Virus record (IMG/VR): IMGVR_UViG_3300035703_000042
Location: 31,021 to 95,020 of that record
Length of the DNA stretch: 64,000 nucleotides
Origin: a virus
Direction: 5' to 3' (one strand)
A program made the position numbers and the translations under genes. Numbering within the stretch: position 1 is the stretch's first letter; every line of letters begins with the position of its first letter. The notes under the pieces are model-generated. The model did not search any database. It saw only the letters and a list, made by a program, of their open reading frames with translations, and was not told the DNA's origin. Shown piece by piece: positions 38,708-49,640 of this stretch.

Positions 38708-39442
38708 TTGTGTTCCCACTGGTTCCAGTAGAACCAGTGTCCGTGCCCGTATCTCAACCGAAAATAAAAGGCCAGCCATGGATCCACCACAGGAGCCATG
38801 GCTCGTGCTTGTTCGGGTGAAAATATCAAGGTAGTCACATCCATCCCCGATGCTGCAGGAACTTGTCGATGTCCTTGATGGAATCGGGATGGATCCTGGC
38901 GAAATAGTGGTCCATCTCGGACCAGCTCCAGCGTTCCAACCAAAGTTCCAGGCGTTTCAGCAATCGCATGATGGACATTCCTGGATCATGCGTTGAGCGG
39001 CTGCAACATCTCCGATGGCAGCTAGACTGGCTGCAGCATGCGCACAGGCCAAGCGGTCAAAAAAGCAAACGATTCGAGCCCAGAGCATCACCAGTAGATC
39101 CCGTTGTCGATGATGCGCTGAGCTTGACGCATCCTGGCTTCAACTATGGCTGCCCAGATTTTTTCAAAAAACTTTTTCATTTTATAGTATTCCTTGTAGG
39201 AGCTTGAGTGTGACCGTGGCCACCATGACCAGAGTGACAGCGTGTAATGCCTGCTCGATTGCGTGTTTTGCAGTGGTAAATTGCATGATTTTCCTTGTGA
39301 GAGTTGATTTTGGTGAGCTTGTGACTCACAGGTATTTATGTGCGAACGCAACATAACTCATGGTTTCTACTGATTTCGTCAGGTTGACCAGAAATGATTC
39401 TTTTCTTATAATAAGGCATACAGTAAAAACAAGGAGCCGAGC

Positions 39443-39715
39443 ATGCGCCAAAAAACCATCGTAGAGGGATTCCGCAACGGACAGCGATTCCGTTTCATCC
39501 TGCGTGAACCTGGGTCCGCCCACGGTGTAGGCATGTACATCACTGTCAAGCAGATGAGCGAGGACTTTGCCACCACCGAGGCCAGGGCCGCGGTGTGGAC
39601 CACGCTCAACCACCTGGCCATGATGCGCCGCGTGGCCCAGCGTGACGGCACTGACATGCCCGTGGGCGTGGTACGTCGTGAGCAGGGCTTTGATGTGCAA
39701 GTAGACCTATGCTGA
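39443..39715 (+). CDS. Hypothetical early protein
   Basis: Promoter 39384/39407 and AAGGAG SD. Confidence 0.65.
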   Translation: MRQKTIVEGFRNGQRFRFILREPGSAHGVGMYITVKQMSEDFATTEARAAVWTTLNHLAMMRRVAQRDGTDMPVGVVRREQGFDVQVDLC

Positions 39716-39945
39716 CCAGACCTGTGTGGGAGACCATGTCGGTGGCCGTGATCTCGGCCTTGGTGGGTGCGGCCACGGTGGTTATTCACTCGCGGGATCG
39801 GCACTTCACTGCCCAAGACATGATGGAGGCCCGAGAATTAGGCGAAAGCCGGGCCCTGGATGTTGTCAACCCCTCGGAGCGTTTAGAGGCAGTATGCGCG
39901 GCCCTGTGGCTCAAAGGGCAACACGATCCGGTTGACCAGAAATGA
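39709..39945 (+). CDS. Hypothetical membrane protein
   Basis: N-terminal TM segment; ends in the next promoter (PVDQK). Confidence 0.55.
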   Translation: MLTRPVWETMSVAVISALVGAATVVIHSRDRHFTAQDMMEARELGESRALDVVNPSERLEAVCAALWLKGQHDPVDQK

Positions 39946-39990
39946 GCCTTTCTTTACAATAACGAATGCCATACACACAAGGAGCAAGAC

Positions 39991-40830
39991 ATGCCTAGAG
40001 GATATCGCAATGATGGCCAGCCTCGTCAGCGCCGTGACGGCAGCGGCCCGGTTTCTGTGAAAATCACCAACCCACAGAATGTGGTGGTGCCCAGTCGTTT
40101 CACTATCAATCAGCGTTTCGGCTTTGTCACTGACATGGTGAACATGGTGGCCCAGGGTGATCAGGCTTCGGTGATCATCTGCGGGCCCGGCGGCCTGGGC
40201 AAGAGCCATACAGTGATGCAGGCCTTGCGCGACAAAGGTTTCCAGGACATCACCTTGGCCGATGAGTACGAAGTGGGCACCCGCATCAATCCAGCCCGGG
40301 CCTACACCGTGGTCAAAGGCTACAGCACCGCCAAGGGCCTGTTCCGCACCTTGTATGAGAATCAAGACGGTGTGATCGTGTTTGATGACTGCGACTCGGT
40401 GCTCAAGGATCCGGTGTGCTTGAGCCTGCTGAAGACAGCCCTGGATTCCTACAGCCGCCGGGTGATTACCTGGCGTGCCGATTTCCGCGACGAGGACCTG
40501 CCCAACAGTTTCCTCTTCCGGGGTCGCGTGGTGTTCATCTCCAACATGAACTCCAGCCAGATGGACCAGGCCATCCTTACCCGCAGTCTCTGCGTGGACC
40601 TGTCAATGACCGCACAGCAAAAGGTCGAGCGCATGCGGCACCTTATCACCAAGCGTGATTTCATGCCCGAGTACACGGCCCGGCACAAGAAAGATGCCAT
40701 GGAGCTGATTGATGGCCTCCGGGATTCGGTCAAAGAGTTGAGCCTGAGGACCTTGATCCAGTGCACCAAGATCCGCAAAACCAACAATGCCAACTGGGCC
40801 GAGCTCGCTGAGTATGCCATCTGTGGTTGA
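39991..40830 (+). CDS. AAA+/P-loop ATPase
   Basis: GPGGLGKS Walker A, VIVFDDCD Walker B, FISN, SR. Confidence 0.8.
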   Translation: MPRGYRNDGQPRQRRDGSGPVSVKITNPQNVVVPSRFTINQRFGFVTDMVNMVAQGDQASVIICGPGGLGKSHTVMQALRDKGFQDITLADEYEVGTRINPARAYTVVKGYSTAKGLFRTLYENQDGVIVFDDCDSVLKDPVCLSLLKTALDSYSRRVITWRADFRDEDLPNSFLFRGRVVFISNMNSSQMDQAILTRSLCVDLSMTAQQKVERMRHLITKRDFMPEYTARHKKDAMELIDGLRDSVKELSLRTLIQCTKIRKTNNANWAELAEYAICG

Positions 40831-40836
40831 TACCCC

Positions 40837-40899
40837 GGTTGACCAGAAATCGGTCTTTTCGTATAATATACTCATACAGTAAACAACAAGGAGCAGGAA
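40837..40899 (+). promoter_or_regulatory. Early promoter plus leader cassette (near-copy of 13387-13449)
   Basis: TTGACC 40839, TATAAT 40862, ATACAGTAAACAACAAGGAG. Confidence 0.85.
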
Positions 40900-41151
40900 A
40901 TGCGTGAAGAGAACTACAAGAACCTGGGCACCATCCGCAAAGCCACCAAGAAAGAGACCGGAGGTGAGAGCGGCTACTTCTTCAAGGCCAATGGAGAGAA
41001 TCGTATGGGCCTGGCCCCTACGCTGAAAGAGGCCCGCGAAGGACTCGAGCTGGCAGCAGACCATCGGCGCGAAATTCAGAGAGCAGTGAACCTCCTGGAG
41101 AGCGCTGGCTACAAGGTCTATCAAGAGATCACCTGGAAGACTTTTGGTTGA
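40900..41151 (+). CDS. Hypothetical early protein
   Basis: Lies between two promoter cassettes. Confidence 0.7.
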   Translation: MREENYKNLGTIRKATKKETGGESGYFFKANGENRMGLAPTLKEAREGLELAADHRREIQRAVNLLESAGYKVYQEITWKTFG

Positions 41152-41206
41152 CCAGAAATGACCATTTTGGTATAATAAGATATACAGTAAGCAAAAGGAG
41201 CTGACC

Positions 41207-41440
41207 ATGATTGACGCAACTGACACCATTGACACCACTGAACTCTACGACCGGCGACACGGCGGTGCCTATGATCGCGGCAGTGCCGATGCCTGGTATG
41301 GTCGTGCGTTTGACCCACATTTCTTCCGCGGCGACACTTATGCCAGTGAGCGAGTGGGCCTGGCTGACATGACCGCCGACGAGATCATAGCCTACACCGC
41401 GGGCTATCGCGACACACCGTTTGATCAGAAGGAGTGGTAA
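41207..41440 (+). CDS. Hypothetical early protein (RHGGAYDRGSAD)
   Basis: Promoter 41148/41171 and SD. Confidence 0.7.
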   Translation: MIDATDTIDTTELYDRRHGGAYDRGSADAWYGRAFDPHFFRGDTYASERVGLADMTADEIIAYTAGYRDTPFDQKEW

Positions 41441-41441
41441 G

Positions 41442-41708
41442 ATGACCTCCCAAGACATCATCCGTGAGATCCGCACCGGCACATTCACCAATGCCGACAT
41501 CGACAACATGTTCATGGCCCTCAAACATGCCCGGACCCAGCTGGGTCGTGAGGTGCGTCGGGAACTATCACCAGGCCTCACGGTGTACTTCCGGGACCAT
41601 TCAGGTCACAGGGTCACCGGCACTGTAGAGTCCATCAAGATCAAGAACGCCGTGGTGCGTACTGCTAGTGGTCGCTATCGAGTGCCTTGCAACATGCTGG
41701 AGGTATGA
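41442..41708 (+). CDS. Hypothetical protein, possibly SH3-like C-terminus
   Basis: Operon position; GTVESIKIKNAVV. Confidence 0.55.
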   Translation: MTSQDIIREIRTGTFTNADIDNMFMALKHARTQLGREVRRELSPGLTVYFRDHSGHRVTGTVESIKIKNAVVRTASGRYRVPCNMLEV

Positions 41709-42374
41709 TGACCTGGAGTGCTAAACATGCGCGCCAGAGCCGCAGGGCCACTGTGGCTCTCCTGGATCTTGCAGAGCAGGGCGTGATCGATTGGGAAAGC
41801 CTGGCCCGTGATGCCTTGGGCTGGATGAGCGAGGCCGATGTGGCCGAGTTTGCTCGCCGCAATGACTACATTACCGAAGAGTGCGAGGACCAAGACCATG
41901 ACCGCACATGAATGGCAAGAGTGGCTGACCCAAACCTGGCAAGAGTGCCAAGATCGGGCATGGAAGGAAGCAGAATGAATGTGTTCTTAGTGTATTACCA
42001 GGAAGCAGATTACGCTGGTGATGTGGGTCGTACGGTATGGGATAATGTATACGATTCAAAAGAAAAAGCACAGGCTCGAGTAGATGAATTGAACAAAGAA
42101 GAAGGTGTCGAGGATGCCAATTACGAACGGTTTGAAGTGAAGTGATGAAAGCCGTATATTTTGATTCGGATTGGCCTGAAGAACTTGGTGAAATTATATT
42201 GGTTACATATGTAAAGTCCGACGAACAAGAATCCGATGCCATTCTTCGTGCTATGGAATTGTATGGTCCAGATAAAGAGTATTATATAAAAGAATCGGGT
42301 GAGAAATGAAAATTGGACAAACCTTGAATGTTATTGCAAGTGGTGAAGGTAAATCAATATTTTGGAGGGAAAGA

Positions 42375-42587
42375 ATGAACGAACGGATTTTGGCATTAGC
42401 AAAAGAATGTGGTCTGTGTGATGAAGATGGTGACTTCTATGGTGCCAAGAACACAGCCTACGAACGGTTCGCTGAGTTGATTGTTCGGGAATGTTCCAAT
42501 CTTCCTTTCAAATCCACCGGGGAAGTGACTACGATTGGTGAGATTGCCGTGAGCAATATGATCCTAAAACACTTTGGAGTTGAATGA
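42375..42587 (+). CDS. MNERI/FAELIVREC/HFGVE family protein, copy 1
   Basis: Shares motif blocks with 62001-62780. Confidence 0.7.
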   Translation: MNERILALAKECGLCDEDGDFYGAKNTAYERFAELIVRECSNLPFKSTGEVTTIGEIAVSNMILKHFGVE

Positions 42588-43074
42588 TCATGGAAACATA
42601 CCAACGCCAGGCCCGGTTCACTGAACTGCGTGCCTATGACCACACCGCTGGGGAACATGACTTCATGGAAGTCGCAGAGTGGCACAACGGCGAAGGCTTT
42701 GATGTCACTGTCAACGACCGTGTGACATCATTTACCTGGGGGCAGTGGGAGTGCCTGCAGGCCTTGGTGGCCTTCAAGGGATGACTACGAGGAAGGCCTA
42801 CCCGCATCTCACCACAGAAGTGTCGGTGAATCCTTGGTTCGAAGATCTTTTGGATCAATACGGTCAGACCCGTGATCCCAGACTACGCGATCACATCAGG
42901 GATCAGTATCAGGCCATGCAAAAATGGCTGATCACTCATGGACTGGAGTGTGGTCGTGACTATCAGGCCACGGATTCGGGCTATAGATTCGCGACACCGG
43001 CACAGGCCTTGATGTTTGTGTTGGCCAATTCTCACAGAGCAAATCCTGTATGAACGGACCAGGAGATCGTTGAC

Positions 43075-43335
43075 ATGCCGCGCGACTTCGTCAAACAGTA
43101 TCAGGAAATATCAGACACCGTGGATGCCTGGTCCGAGTCAGTGCGACAGGCCGAGGCAGCATCGTGGGGAGACCGGACCTCGGCCTATCCCTACACGGCC
43201 GGCTACCTGCAGAGCCTGGTCAAGGGCATGTTGCAGGACCTGCCCCGCGCCCAGCGTGAGCGCTATCTGGCTCGATTCCGCGACGGCACCGCCGAAGCCC
43301 AGCGTCGGATCACCTGGCACAATCTCCGGTCTTGA
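43075..43335 (+). CDS. Hypothetical protein
   Basis: AGGAG SD; YTAGYLQS motif. Confidence 0.55.
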   Translation: MPRDFVKQYQEISDTVDAWSESVRQAEAASWGDRTSAYPYTAGYLQSLVKGMLQDLPRAQRERYLARFRDGTAEAQRRITWHNLRS

Positions 43336-43434
43336 TTGAGCAGACCGATGGTTGACCTTGTAGTTGATGTGCAGTAAACTAGTGGTAGCAGTCAAACTTG
43401 ATCTCGCATCGTGCGAGCTACGAAAGGAAACAGC

Positions 43435-44472
43435 ATGGCCCAGCGTCTCACACGCAAACTCACCGATGTGGCAACGGAAGTGGAAGCCACTATCAAACGC
43501 GAATTCGATGTCACCGACCAAGATCTTGATGCTTGGCGGCGTCGAGCCCAAAGTCTCCCACACACCTTTCCTGAATCCACCATGTCGGCTATCGATGTCT
43601 TGTGGATCGACTACGAAGTCCAACGTGATGTGATCCACAAGCATGTGATGCGGATCATGCGGAAATGGGATCCACGCATCTGCTCGCCGGTGTCGGCTTG
43701 CCGTGTCGTAGGTCGCGATACCGTGGACACCTACGATGGCCAGCATCGGACCCTGGCCGCGGCCATCCTGGGTTTCACTGAAGTGCCGTGTGCCGTGGTA
43801 GAAACTGATGATCCAAACTTTCCCTCTTATGCGTTTGAGATGCTCAACGACACCGGAGTCAAGCGGCTGGGTCCCGGGGATCTTCATCGCAATGCCTTGG
43901 TGCGTTATCGAAATGGCAGCCGAGACATCAAGAATGTCAAGGCCTGGAACATGCAACAGCAGTTTGATACCTTGGGCGTCGACCTTGAGGACAAGAACAC
44001 TCGCAAGAGCGAAGCCTTGCGTGGTGACAATCCTTACTTCTTCAGCCACTTCAAGTATGCACAAAAAGCCTTGGACGCTGATGTGTCGGGCCGTGTTCTC
44101 TATGACATACTCAAAGCCATACGCGACAACTTTCCCGACGATGAAGAAATCGACCAAGGCGTGTTCATTGGCCTCTATGAACTGCGTCGCATTGCCGGAA
44201 CTGCTGGCTTGACCTTGCCTGCAGGCTGGATGGATGTGTTGTTGTCTAGCATATCCAGTGTCTGGACCAGTAGTCATGTAGTACATGCCAAAGGGCGTGC
44301 CCAATGGGCTTTTTACAAGGGAGATGGGGCGACCTGGACCGCTCCCACAGCCATGGCCAATTTCATGCGTGAAGTACACCGGGTCAAAGGCGGATCATTG
44401 CAGTTACCCATGCACGGTGATGGTTCTAAGATGGGCATTGAAGAGGGCGTGATTGCCCCGGGGGTGTTCTAA
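43435..44472 (+). CDS. ParB-like/DGQHR-domain protein
   Basis: IDYEVQR and YDGQHRTLAA motifs; promoter 43352/43375. Confidence 0.7.
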   Translation: MAQRLTRKLTDVATEVEATIKREFDVTDQDLDAWRRRAQSLPHTFPESTMSAIDVLWIDYEVQRDVIHKHVMRIMRKWDPRICSPVSACRVVGRDTVDTYDGQHRTLAAAILGFTEVPCAVVETDDPNFPSYAFEMLNDTGVKRLGPGDLHRNALVRYRNGSRDIKNVKAWNMQQQFDTLGVDLEDKNTRKSEALRGDNPYFFSHFKYAQKALDADVSGRVLYDILKAIRDNFPDDEEIDQGVFIGLYELRRIAGTAGLTLPAGWMDVLLSSISSVWTSSHVVHAKGRAQWAFYKGDGATWTAPTAMANFMREVHRVKGGSLQLPMHGDGSKMGIEEGVIAPGVF

Positions 44473-44885
44473 TGTCAACCAGTGTCATTAAAAATTGGGC
44501 GCCAAAGTGCGCCATGCCAGACTGTTGTAACCGAGTCGGCTACCATAAAAAGTACGTCAAAGCAGATGGAACGATTGGAGTCAAATGGAAAACCTTTTGC
44601 GATAACCATCGTACAGTAAACAAAGCCAGTCGTGACATCTTCATGAAAAGTCGAGGCGGCTGTGAAAATCGAGATGGCAGACTCGGGTGGGTATGTGGTG
44701 ATCCCACTACAGACAGTCTCACTATCGATCACTGGGACGGCGATAGGTACAATGACAATCAGGAAAACTTGGTAGTCTTGTGTGCCAATTGCCATAACAA
44801 AAAAACCAAAATTTTTAGAGATCACACTCAGCGGTATCGACTGGTCAATCCCATGTATCATAATTTCTTTGAGGAAACCGACTGA
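44472..44885 (+). CDS. HNH endonuclease
   Basis: TIDHWDG...N..ENL..LCANCH.KKT. Confidence 0.82.
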   Translation: MSTSVIKNWAPKCAMPDCCNRVGYHKKYVKADGTIGVKWKTFCDNHRTVNKASRDIFMKSRGGCENRDGRLGWVCGDPTTDSLTIDHWDGDRYNDNQENLVVLCANCHNKKTKIFRDHTQRYRLVNPMYHNFFEETD

Positions 44886-45448
44886 TGGATCGCGATCTCA
44901 TCGAATCGTTTGTACCACCGGTGTACAGCCGCACACCGAGGAACTCTGAGAGTTATCGTGCTACCTATCTCTACTGTTCGTCGAGACTAGCCGAGATACT
45001 GGCGATCTATCGTGGCAGCACCAACGACCAGCAGACCTTGAGATTGGTGCGAGATGACATGGACAACCTCCTACGCAGATATCACGGCTATGCCATCAAG
45101 GAGCGTATCGGTGCTCACTATCGCGAAGTAGGTATAGACCAGGCCGCAGATTTCGAACACTTGATTCCTGCGGCTCGCATCCGAGACATGATGATCGCAG
45201 GTGTGATCAGCATCGATCAAGCCTTGAACTGCCCCACGGTGCAATTAAGCCGGGCCAAACATCATGCTCTCAAAGAAGCCGGTTGGTCCAGTCACACTCC
45301 CGATGTGTGGCGACCATTCCGGAGATACACGCAGGTTTTTGAAGCCGAGTTTGAGACTCACGATGGACGATCTATCGATCCCGAAGCCTGGACCATAGCG
45401 GATCATTACCAGTATTTTGGGTATTTGACACAGGTTGACCAGAAATAA
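44885..45448 (+). CDS. Hypothetical protein with an EHxIP His-Me-nuclease-like motif
   Basis: DFEHLIP...H..L...PF.RY. Confidence 0.5.
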   Translation: MDRDLIESFVPPVYSRTPRNSESYRATYLYCSSRLAEILAIYRGSTNDQQTLRLVRDDMDNLLRRYHGYAIKERIGAHYREVGIDQAADFEHLIPAARIRDMMIAGVISIDQALNCPTVQLSRAKHHALKEAGWSSHTPDVWRPFRRYTQVFEAEFETHDGRSIDPEAWTIADHYQYFGYLTQVDQK

Positions 45449-45940
45449 TTCTTTTCGTATAATATAGGTATAGTAAACAAAAGGAGTTGGACATGGACGC
45501 ATTAGCAGCATTGGCCGCAGTGGTGATCTTAAATCAACCCGGTGTGGTACAGACCCTGCAACAGCCCGGGGTGACCACTACCGTACACGTCCTAAGGACC
45601 GGGCATGCTGTGAGCCAGATCACGTCGCACAGCCTGCACGAAGAGTTCCATACGGTGCTCAACACCGAGCTCCGTATCCTACGCGGTCATACCTACGAGA
45701 ATCCTACTTGGCGTCGTGTTCGTTGAGTCCTGACCGCATCACACAGGCCATCAAGTGGACAGCCACAGTGATCGTTCTCGCAGGCGCCTTGTGTACCAGT
45801 CTCAGGATCGATCCTCTCAACATCTGGCTCCTGAACGTGGGCACTGGCCTGTTCGTGATCTGGGCCCTGCGCATCCGTGAACCGGCCATGATCGTGGTCA
45901 ATACCGGACTGCTCGCTATCTACATCCTGGGACTCCTGGT

Positions 45941-46303
45941 ATGAAGATCGTCATGGAACTCACTGAGTGGGCAGTAGACTATCGCCAGCCCAATCACGTG
46001 TACCTCATGGACGGCGATCGTGCTCTGGCCTATGTGCCTTGGGGGCAAGGTCAGCCCATACGTTTCCAGCAGCCCAGCCGCATGGACCTACGTGGACGCC
46101 AGTTCGTCACAGTCAAACGCGACATCTGGGGGTTTGACCTCGTTGATGCTGGAGTGCCGGCGGTGCAGGAATGGCAGGTCGAGGGCAGTCGTGGTGCACG
46201 TTACACCGTGACCGAACAGTCAGACAAGTGGCGGTGCACCTGTGCCGGATTCCAGTTCCGCGGTTCATGCCGTCACATCCAGGAGTGCCAGGCCGATAAA
46301 TAA
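45941..46303 (+). CDS. SWIM zinc-finger protein
   Basis: CTCAGFQFRGSCRH. Confidence 0.75.
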   Translation: MKIVMELTEWAVDYRQPNHVYLMDGDRALAYVPWGQGQPIRFQQPSRMDLRGRQFVTVKRDIWGFDLVDAGVPAVQEWQVEGSRGARYTVTEQSDKWRCTCAGFQFRGSCRHIQECQADK

Positions 46304-46307
46304 CGGC

Positions 46308-46985
46308 ATGAAACTGACTTGGCTTCACGTACCAAAAACCGGCGGAACCGCCATCAAATATCTGCAACACGAACACCGTACCCAGTGGATTATCATTGAT
46401 CCTTTGGGGCATAACATGACCTTGGCTCGCATGCCCGGAGATCGGCGTGTGGCATTTGCCATACGAGACCCCTGGCAGAGATTCTGCTCGGGCTATTGGG
46501 AACGTGCTACCACACCTTTGCGCATAGCCGCACGTCGTGAACGCCGGGATCTGAAATTGCCCGATTTTGGGTACCGAGACGTTCGCAACGACGAAAAGAT
46601 TTTCTACGAAAAATTCCCTACCCCAAATGCTGTGATCACGGGCCTCAGGGACAAAATCTGCGTGATACCTCCCCGATGTCCCACCGAAGAAATGCTGTGG
46701 CCCGCTGCCCACTGGTTGCATGACCTTGCCAGCTACAAAAAACACGAACACAAGGTACAGGTGGTGGTGGACATGCGAGACCTTGACTCGTTGATACACG
46801 AGGTCACTGGACACAAGTTGCCCGAAGATCCATTCCGGCGCCGCAGTCGTGCCTTGTTTGATATCCCTCAGAGCTACGACATCGATGCCGACAATCTAGC
46901 CTGGTTCCGCGACGAGTACCGGCGCGTGGACTATGAACTTTTTGACTATATCCGCAGTCGGCCCTATTTCCGCCAATTTGGCTAA
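46308..46985 (+). CDS. Sulfotransferase family protein
   Basis: HVPKTGGT (5'-PSB), RDPWQRF.S (3'-PB), D.ELFDY. Confidence 0.75.
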   Translation: MKLTWLHVPKTGGTAIKYLQHEHRTQWIIIDPLGHNMTLARMPGDRRVAFAIRDPWQRFCSGYWERATTPLRIAARRERRDLKLPDFGYRDVRNDEKIFYEKFPTPNAVITGLRDKICVIPPRCPTEEMLWPAAHWLHDLASYKKHEHKVQVVVDMRDLDSLIHEVTGHKLPEDPFRRRSRALFDIPQSYDIDADNLAWFRDEYRRVDYELFDYIRSRPYFRQFG

Positions 46986-47076
46986 ATTTCTCCAAAACAG
47001 TGTTGACACGCAATGGCCAGTGTCATATACTCTACACACGCTACACGGTGTAGCCAACACTTAGAGAGGATGTATC

Positions 47077-47349
47077 ATGATGAAAACCATCAACCCTGAA
47101 ACCAAAACCTACAAGGTCTTCCAAGCTCTCCAGAACGGCGAACGCCTTAGTCCCAGCCAAGCTGCCAAGCGTTTTGGTGTGGCCAACCTGTCGGCCGAAG
47201 TGAGCCGCATCCGCCAGAGCGGTTTTGCTGTGTACGCCAACACACGCAAGGCCAAGAACGGCGTAGTGGTCACCGAGTATCGCATCGGTACTCCCAGCCG
47301 CAAGCTGATCGCTGCCGGCTACCGTGCCATTGCTGCCGGCCTGGTTTAA
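47077..47349 (+). CDS. Winged-helix DNA-binding protein
   Basis: HTH-like pattern, basic; promoter TTGACA 47003/TATACT 47026. Confidence 0.6.
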   Translation: MMKTINPETKTYKVFQALQNGERLSPSQAAKRFGVANLSAEVSRIRQSGFAVYANTRKAKNGVVVTEYRIGTPSRKLIAAGYRAIAAGLV

Positions 47350-47386
47350 CGATCCCGCGCTGCTCGTTCACCACGAGCACAACTTC

Positions 47387-47414
47387 AAAAAGGCCATCGC
47401 CCGATGGTCTTTTT
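47387..47414 (+). terminator. Intrinsic terminator
   Basis: AAAAAGGCCATCG-CC-CGATGGTCTTTTT. Confidence 0.7.
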
Positions 47415-47427
47415 GTTTAAATATCCC

Positions 47428-48357
47428 ATGATCGATGTCTTTCCTGAACTGCAGATCGAGACCACGAGTCGATGCACGTTGGCATGCCCGGCATGTTCTC
47501 GTACCCTTTTCGCAGAATATCTAGGTAGACCCTATCCCAAGTTTGATCTTGATCTCAACGATCTCGTGGATTTCATGGACTGCGAGTCTGGGAAAAAAGT
47601 CCATACTCTGATCCTCTGCGGAGATCACGGAGATAGTATCTACTATCCCAGGCTTTTCGATCTCATTGATGCATTTCGGTCTTCTAAGAAATTCCAAATA
47701 CACACCAATGGATCTTATCAGACCAGCGAATTCTGGCATCAGTTGGCTGGTCGCTTGACTGTCGACGACGAAGTGCATTTTGGCATCGACGGGCTCGAGC
47801 ACAACAATCACGTCTACCGTAAAAATTCAGATTGGAATTCGATCATGACCGGGCTGGATATCATGACCCAGTCACCAGCCCAGGTGATATGGAATTGTAT
47901 AGTATTCCAATACAATCAAGATCACATTGACAGCATAAGAGATTTCGCTCACAGTCGAGGCGTCAAATTCCGTGCCAAGATCACTTCGAGGTTCGGTGAC
48001 GACAGCCTCCGTCCCGGAGAACAATACATAGACTTCCAGCGCATGTATCGAAAAGAACTGGACGATCCTGTAGATATAGATCCCAAGTGCAGTAGCAAAT
48101 GGATGATAACCAGCCAGGGTTATCTCCAGCCATGCTGCTGGATAACCGGACCATTTACCTGGTATAAAAGCCGCCCTTATCGCGAACGAAATCGTTGGCA
48201 ACTCAAGGATCAGAATTTAGATCAGGTCATGACCGTGATGGCAGAATGGAAGGATTTCTTGATCCAAAATCCCGATCAAGCCGAGATGGTGTGTCGCATG
48301 CATTGCCGTCGTGGTCAAGATGATCCAGCAGCATTTGACCATAAAATCGCTGTGTAG
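47428..48357 (+). CDS. Radical SAM protein with C-terminal SPASM-like Cys
   Basis: CTLACPAC, HTNG, GIDG, PCC. Confidence 0.85.
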   Translation: MIDVFPELQIETTSRCTLACPACSRTLFAEYLGRPYPKFDLDLNDLVDFMDCESGKKVHTLILCGDHGDSIYYPRLFDLIDAFRSSKKFQIHTNGSYQTSEFWHQLAGRLTVDDEVHFGIDGLEHNNHVYRKNSDWNSIMTGLDIMTQSPAQVIWNCIVFQYNQDHIDSIRDFAHSRGVKFRAKITSRFGDDSLRPGEQYIDFQRMYRKELDDPVDIDPKCSSKWMITSQGYLQPCCWITGPFTWYKSRPYRERNRWQLKDQNLDQVMTVMAEWKDFLIQNPDQAEMVCRMHCRRGQDDPAAFDHKIAV

Positions 48358-48393
48358 TATAATGATGACACTGAAATCGCGAAAGGAATCGCC

Positions 48394-48930
48394 ATGCCCA
48401 ACTGGTGTATGAACACTGCCCGTATCACTGCGCCCGAGCCGGTAATCCTGGAGATCCGTCGGCGTCTAGAACGCGAGGACGGCGAGCCCGGTCTTTTAGA
48501 TTACATGGTGCCGGAACCTCGCGATACGGGCGAGGATTTTGACTGGTACACCTGGCGAGTAAACAATTGGGGCACCAAGTGGGAGATCTCAGATGTACAG
48601 ATCACCGATGACAGTGATCCCGACTGCATAGAGTTTGGTTTTTCGTCGGCTTGGGCGCCGCCTTTGGATGCCTTCCGTGAATGGGCCCACAACGACGGTC
48701 GCGTGACCTATCGCATAGACTACATCGAAGAAGGCATGGGAATCGTGGGCCGCGAGACCTACGACGGTGAAGGCTGGGACGAGGAACACTTCGAACAAGG
48801 CAGCGACCCCGACGGATTTGCAGAGTGGGCCCGAGCCGAATGGGGCTGGGAGCCCTGGGAAGATCCCGAGCCACTCACCGAGTGGCTGGAAGCCGGCATC
48901 AAGGAACTCGAGGAACAACGCCATGATTGA
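48394..48930 (+). CDS. YubB/DUF1281-like ferredoxin-fold protein
   Basis: MPNWC, WR..NWGTKW, F.SAWAPP. Confidence 0.7.
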   Translation: MPNWCMNTARITAPEPVILEIRRRLEREDGEPGLLDYMVPEPRDTGEDFDWYTWRVNNWGTKWEISDVQITDDSDPDCIEFGFSSAWAPPLDAFREWAHNDGRVTYRIDYIEEGMGIVGRETYDGEGWDEEHFEQGSDPDGFAEWARAEWGWEPWEDPEPLTEWLEAGIKELEEQRHD

Positions 48931-49640
48931 ATTTCTAGTGGGCTTGATCACAGGCATGGCTCTGGGCATGTGGTTGCTGTCGCGTTGGATCATCTTCAAG
49001 ATACAACATCTACTGGTGAACGATCCCGAATTGCAAGAGATCCAGACCCAGCAATCGGTATCGGTGATCGATGCTAGGCTGGAACGATTGGGCGATCAAT
49101 ACTTTGTCTACGACACCGCAGATGGACGATTCTTGGCACAAGGACACAATCTCGATGACGTGCGATCCAAGATGGATGCCTCCATGAAAGGTCAGCACGT
49201 GATGGTGCGAGTGGTAGAAGGAGATCCTGATGATATTCGACGATTCCAAGAAGCAGCCTAATCCTGCTAAATGGCTCAGGTACAGCGGTGCCAGCATGTG
49301 TGTGACCGTGAATCCTTGCCACTGGAGCTGGATACCGAGGTTCCGGCGTGAACGGGATATCTGGAGCGGACCAGTTGAGTGGAACGGCAGTGCCAGTTGG
49401 CTGATGCTGACCGTCCGAGTCTGGATCGATGATGGCAGCTGGTAAATGAGCAAGATATCGTTGACGCCGCGACAGATCGAAAGTATAATGATGTATACCC
49501 GGCTCAACGATAATGTCACGAGCATGGTGGTCAGCCAAAAGCCTGCGGCCGGTATCGGTCCGAGGACCTGGGTGCGATACTACAATGACAACGGACGCAT
49601 GATCCTGGAAGAAGAAATCACAGACTTGGAGGTATGGTAG

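Noticed and set aside
41898-41978. Short direct repeat TGGCAAGAGTG
   Set aside because: Only two copies, explained by a repeated WQE peptide in a tiny ORF.
43138-44379. Long antisense ORFs (also 7102-8070, 24957-25856, 27771-28586)
   Set aside because: They shadow well-supported + strand genes, have no motifs, and are expected from the codon bias.
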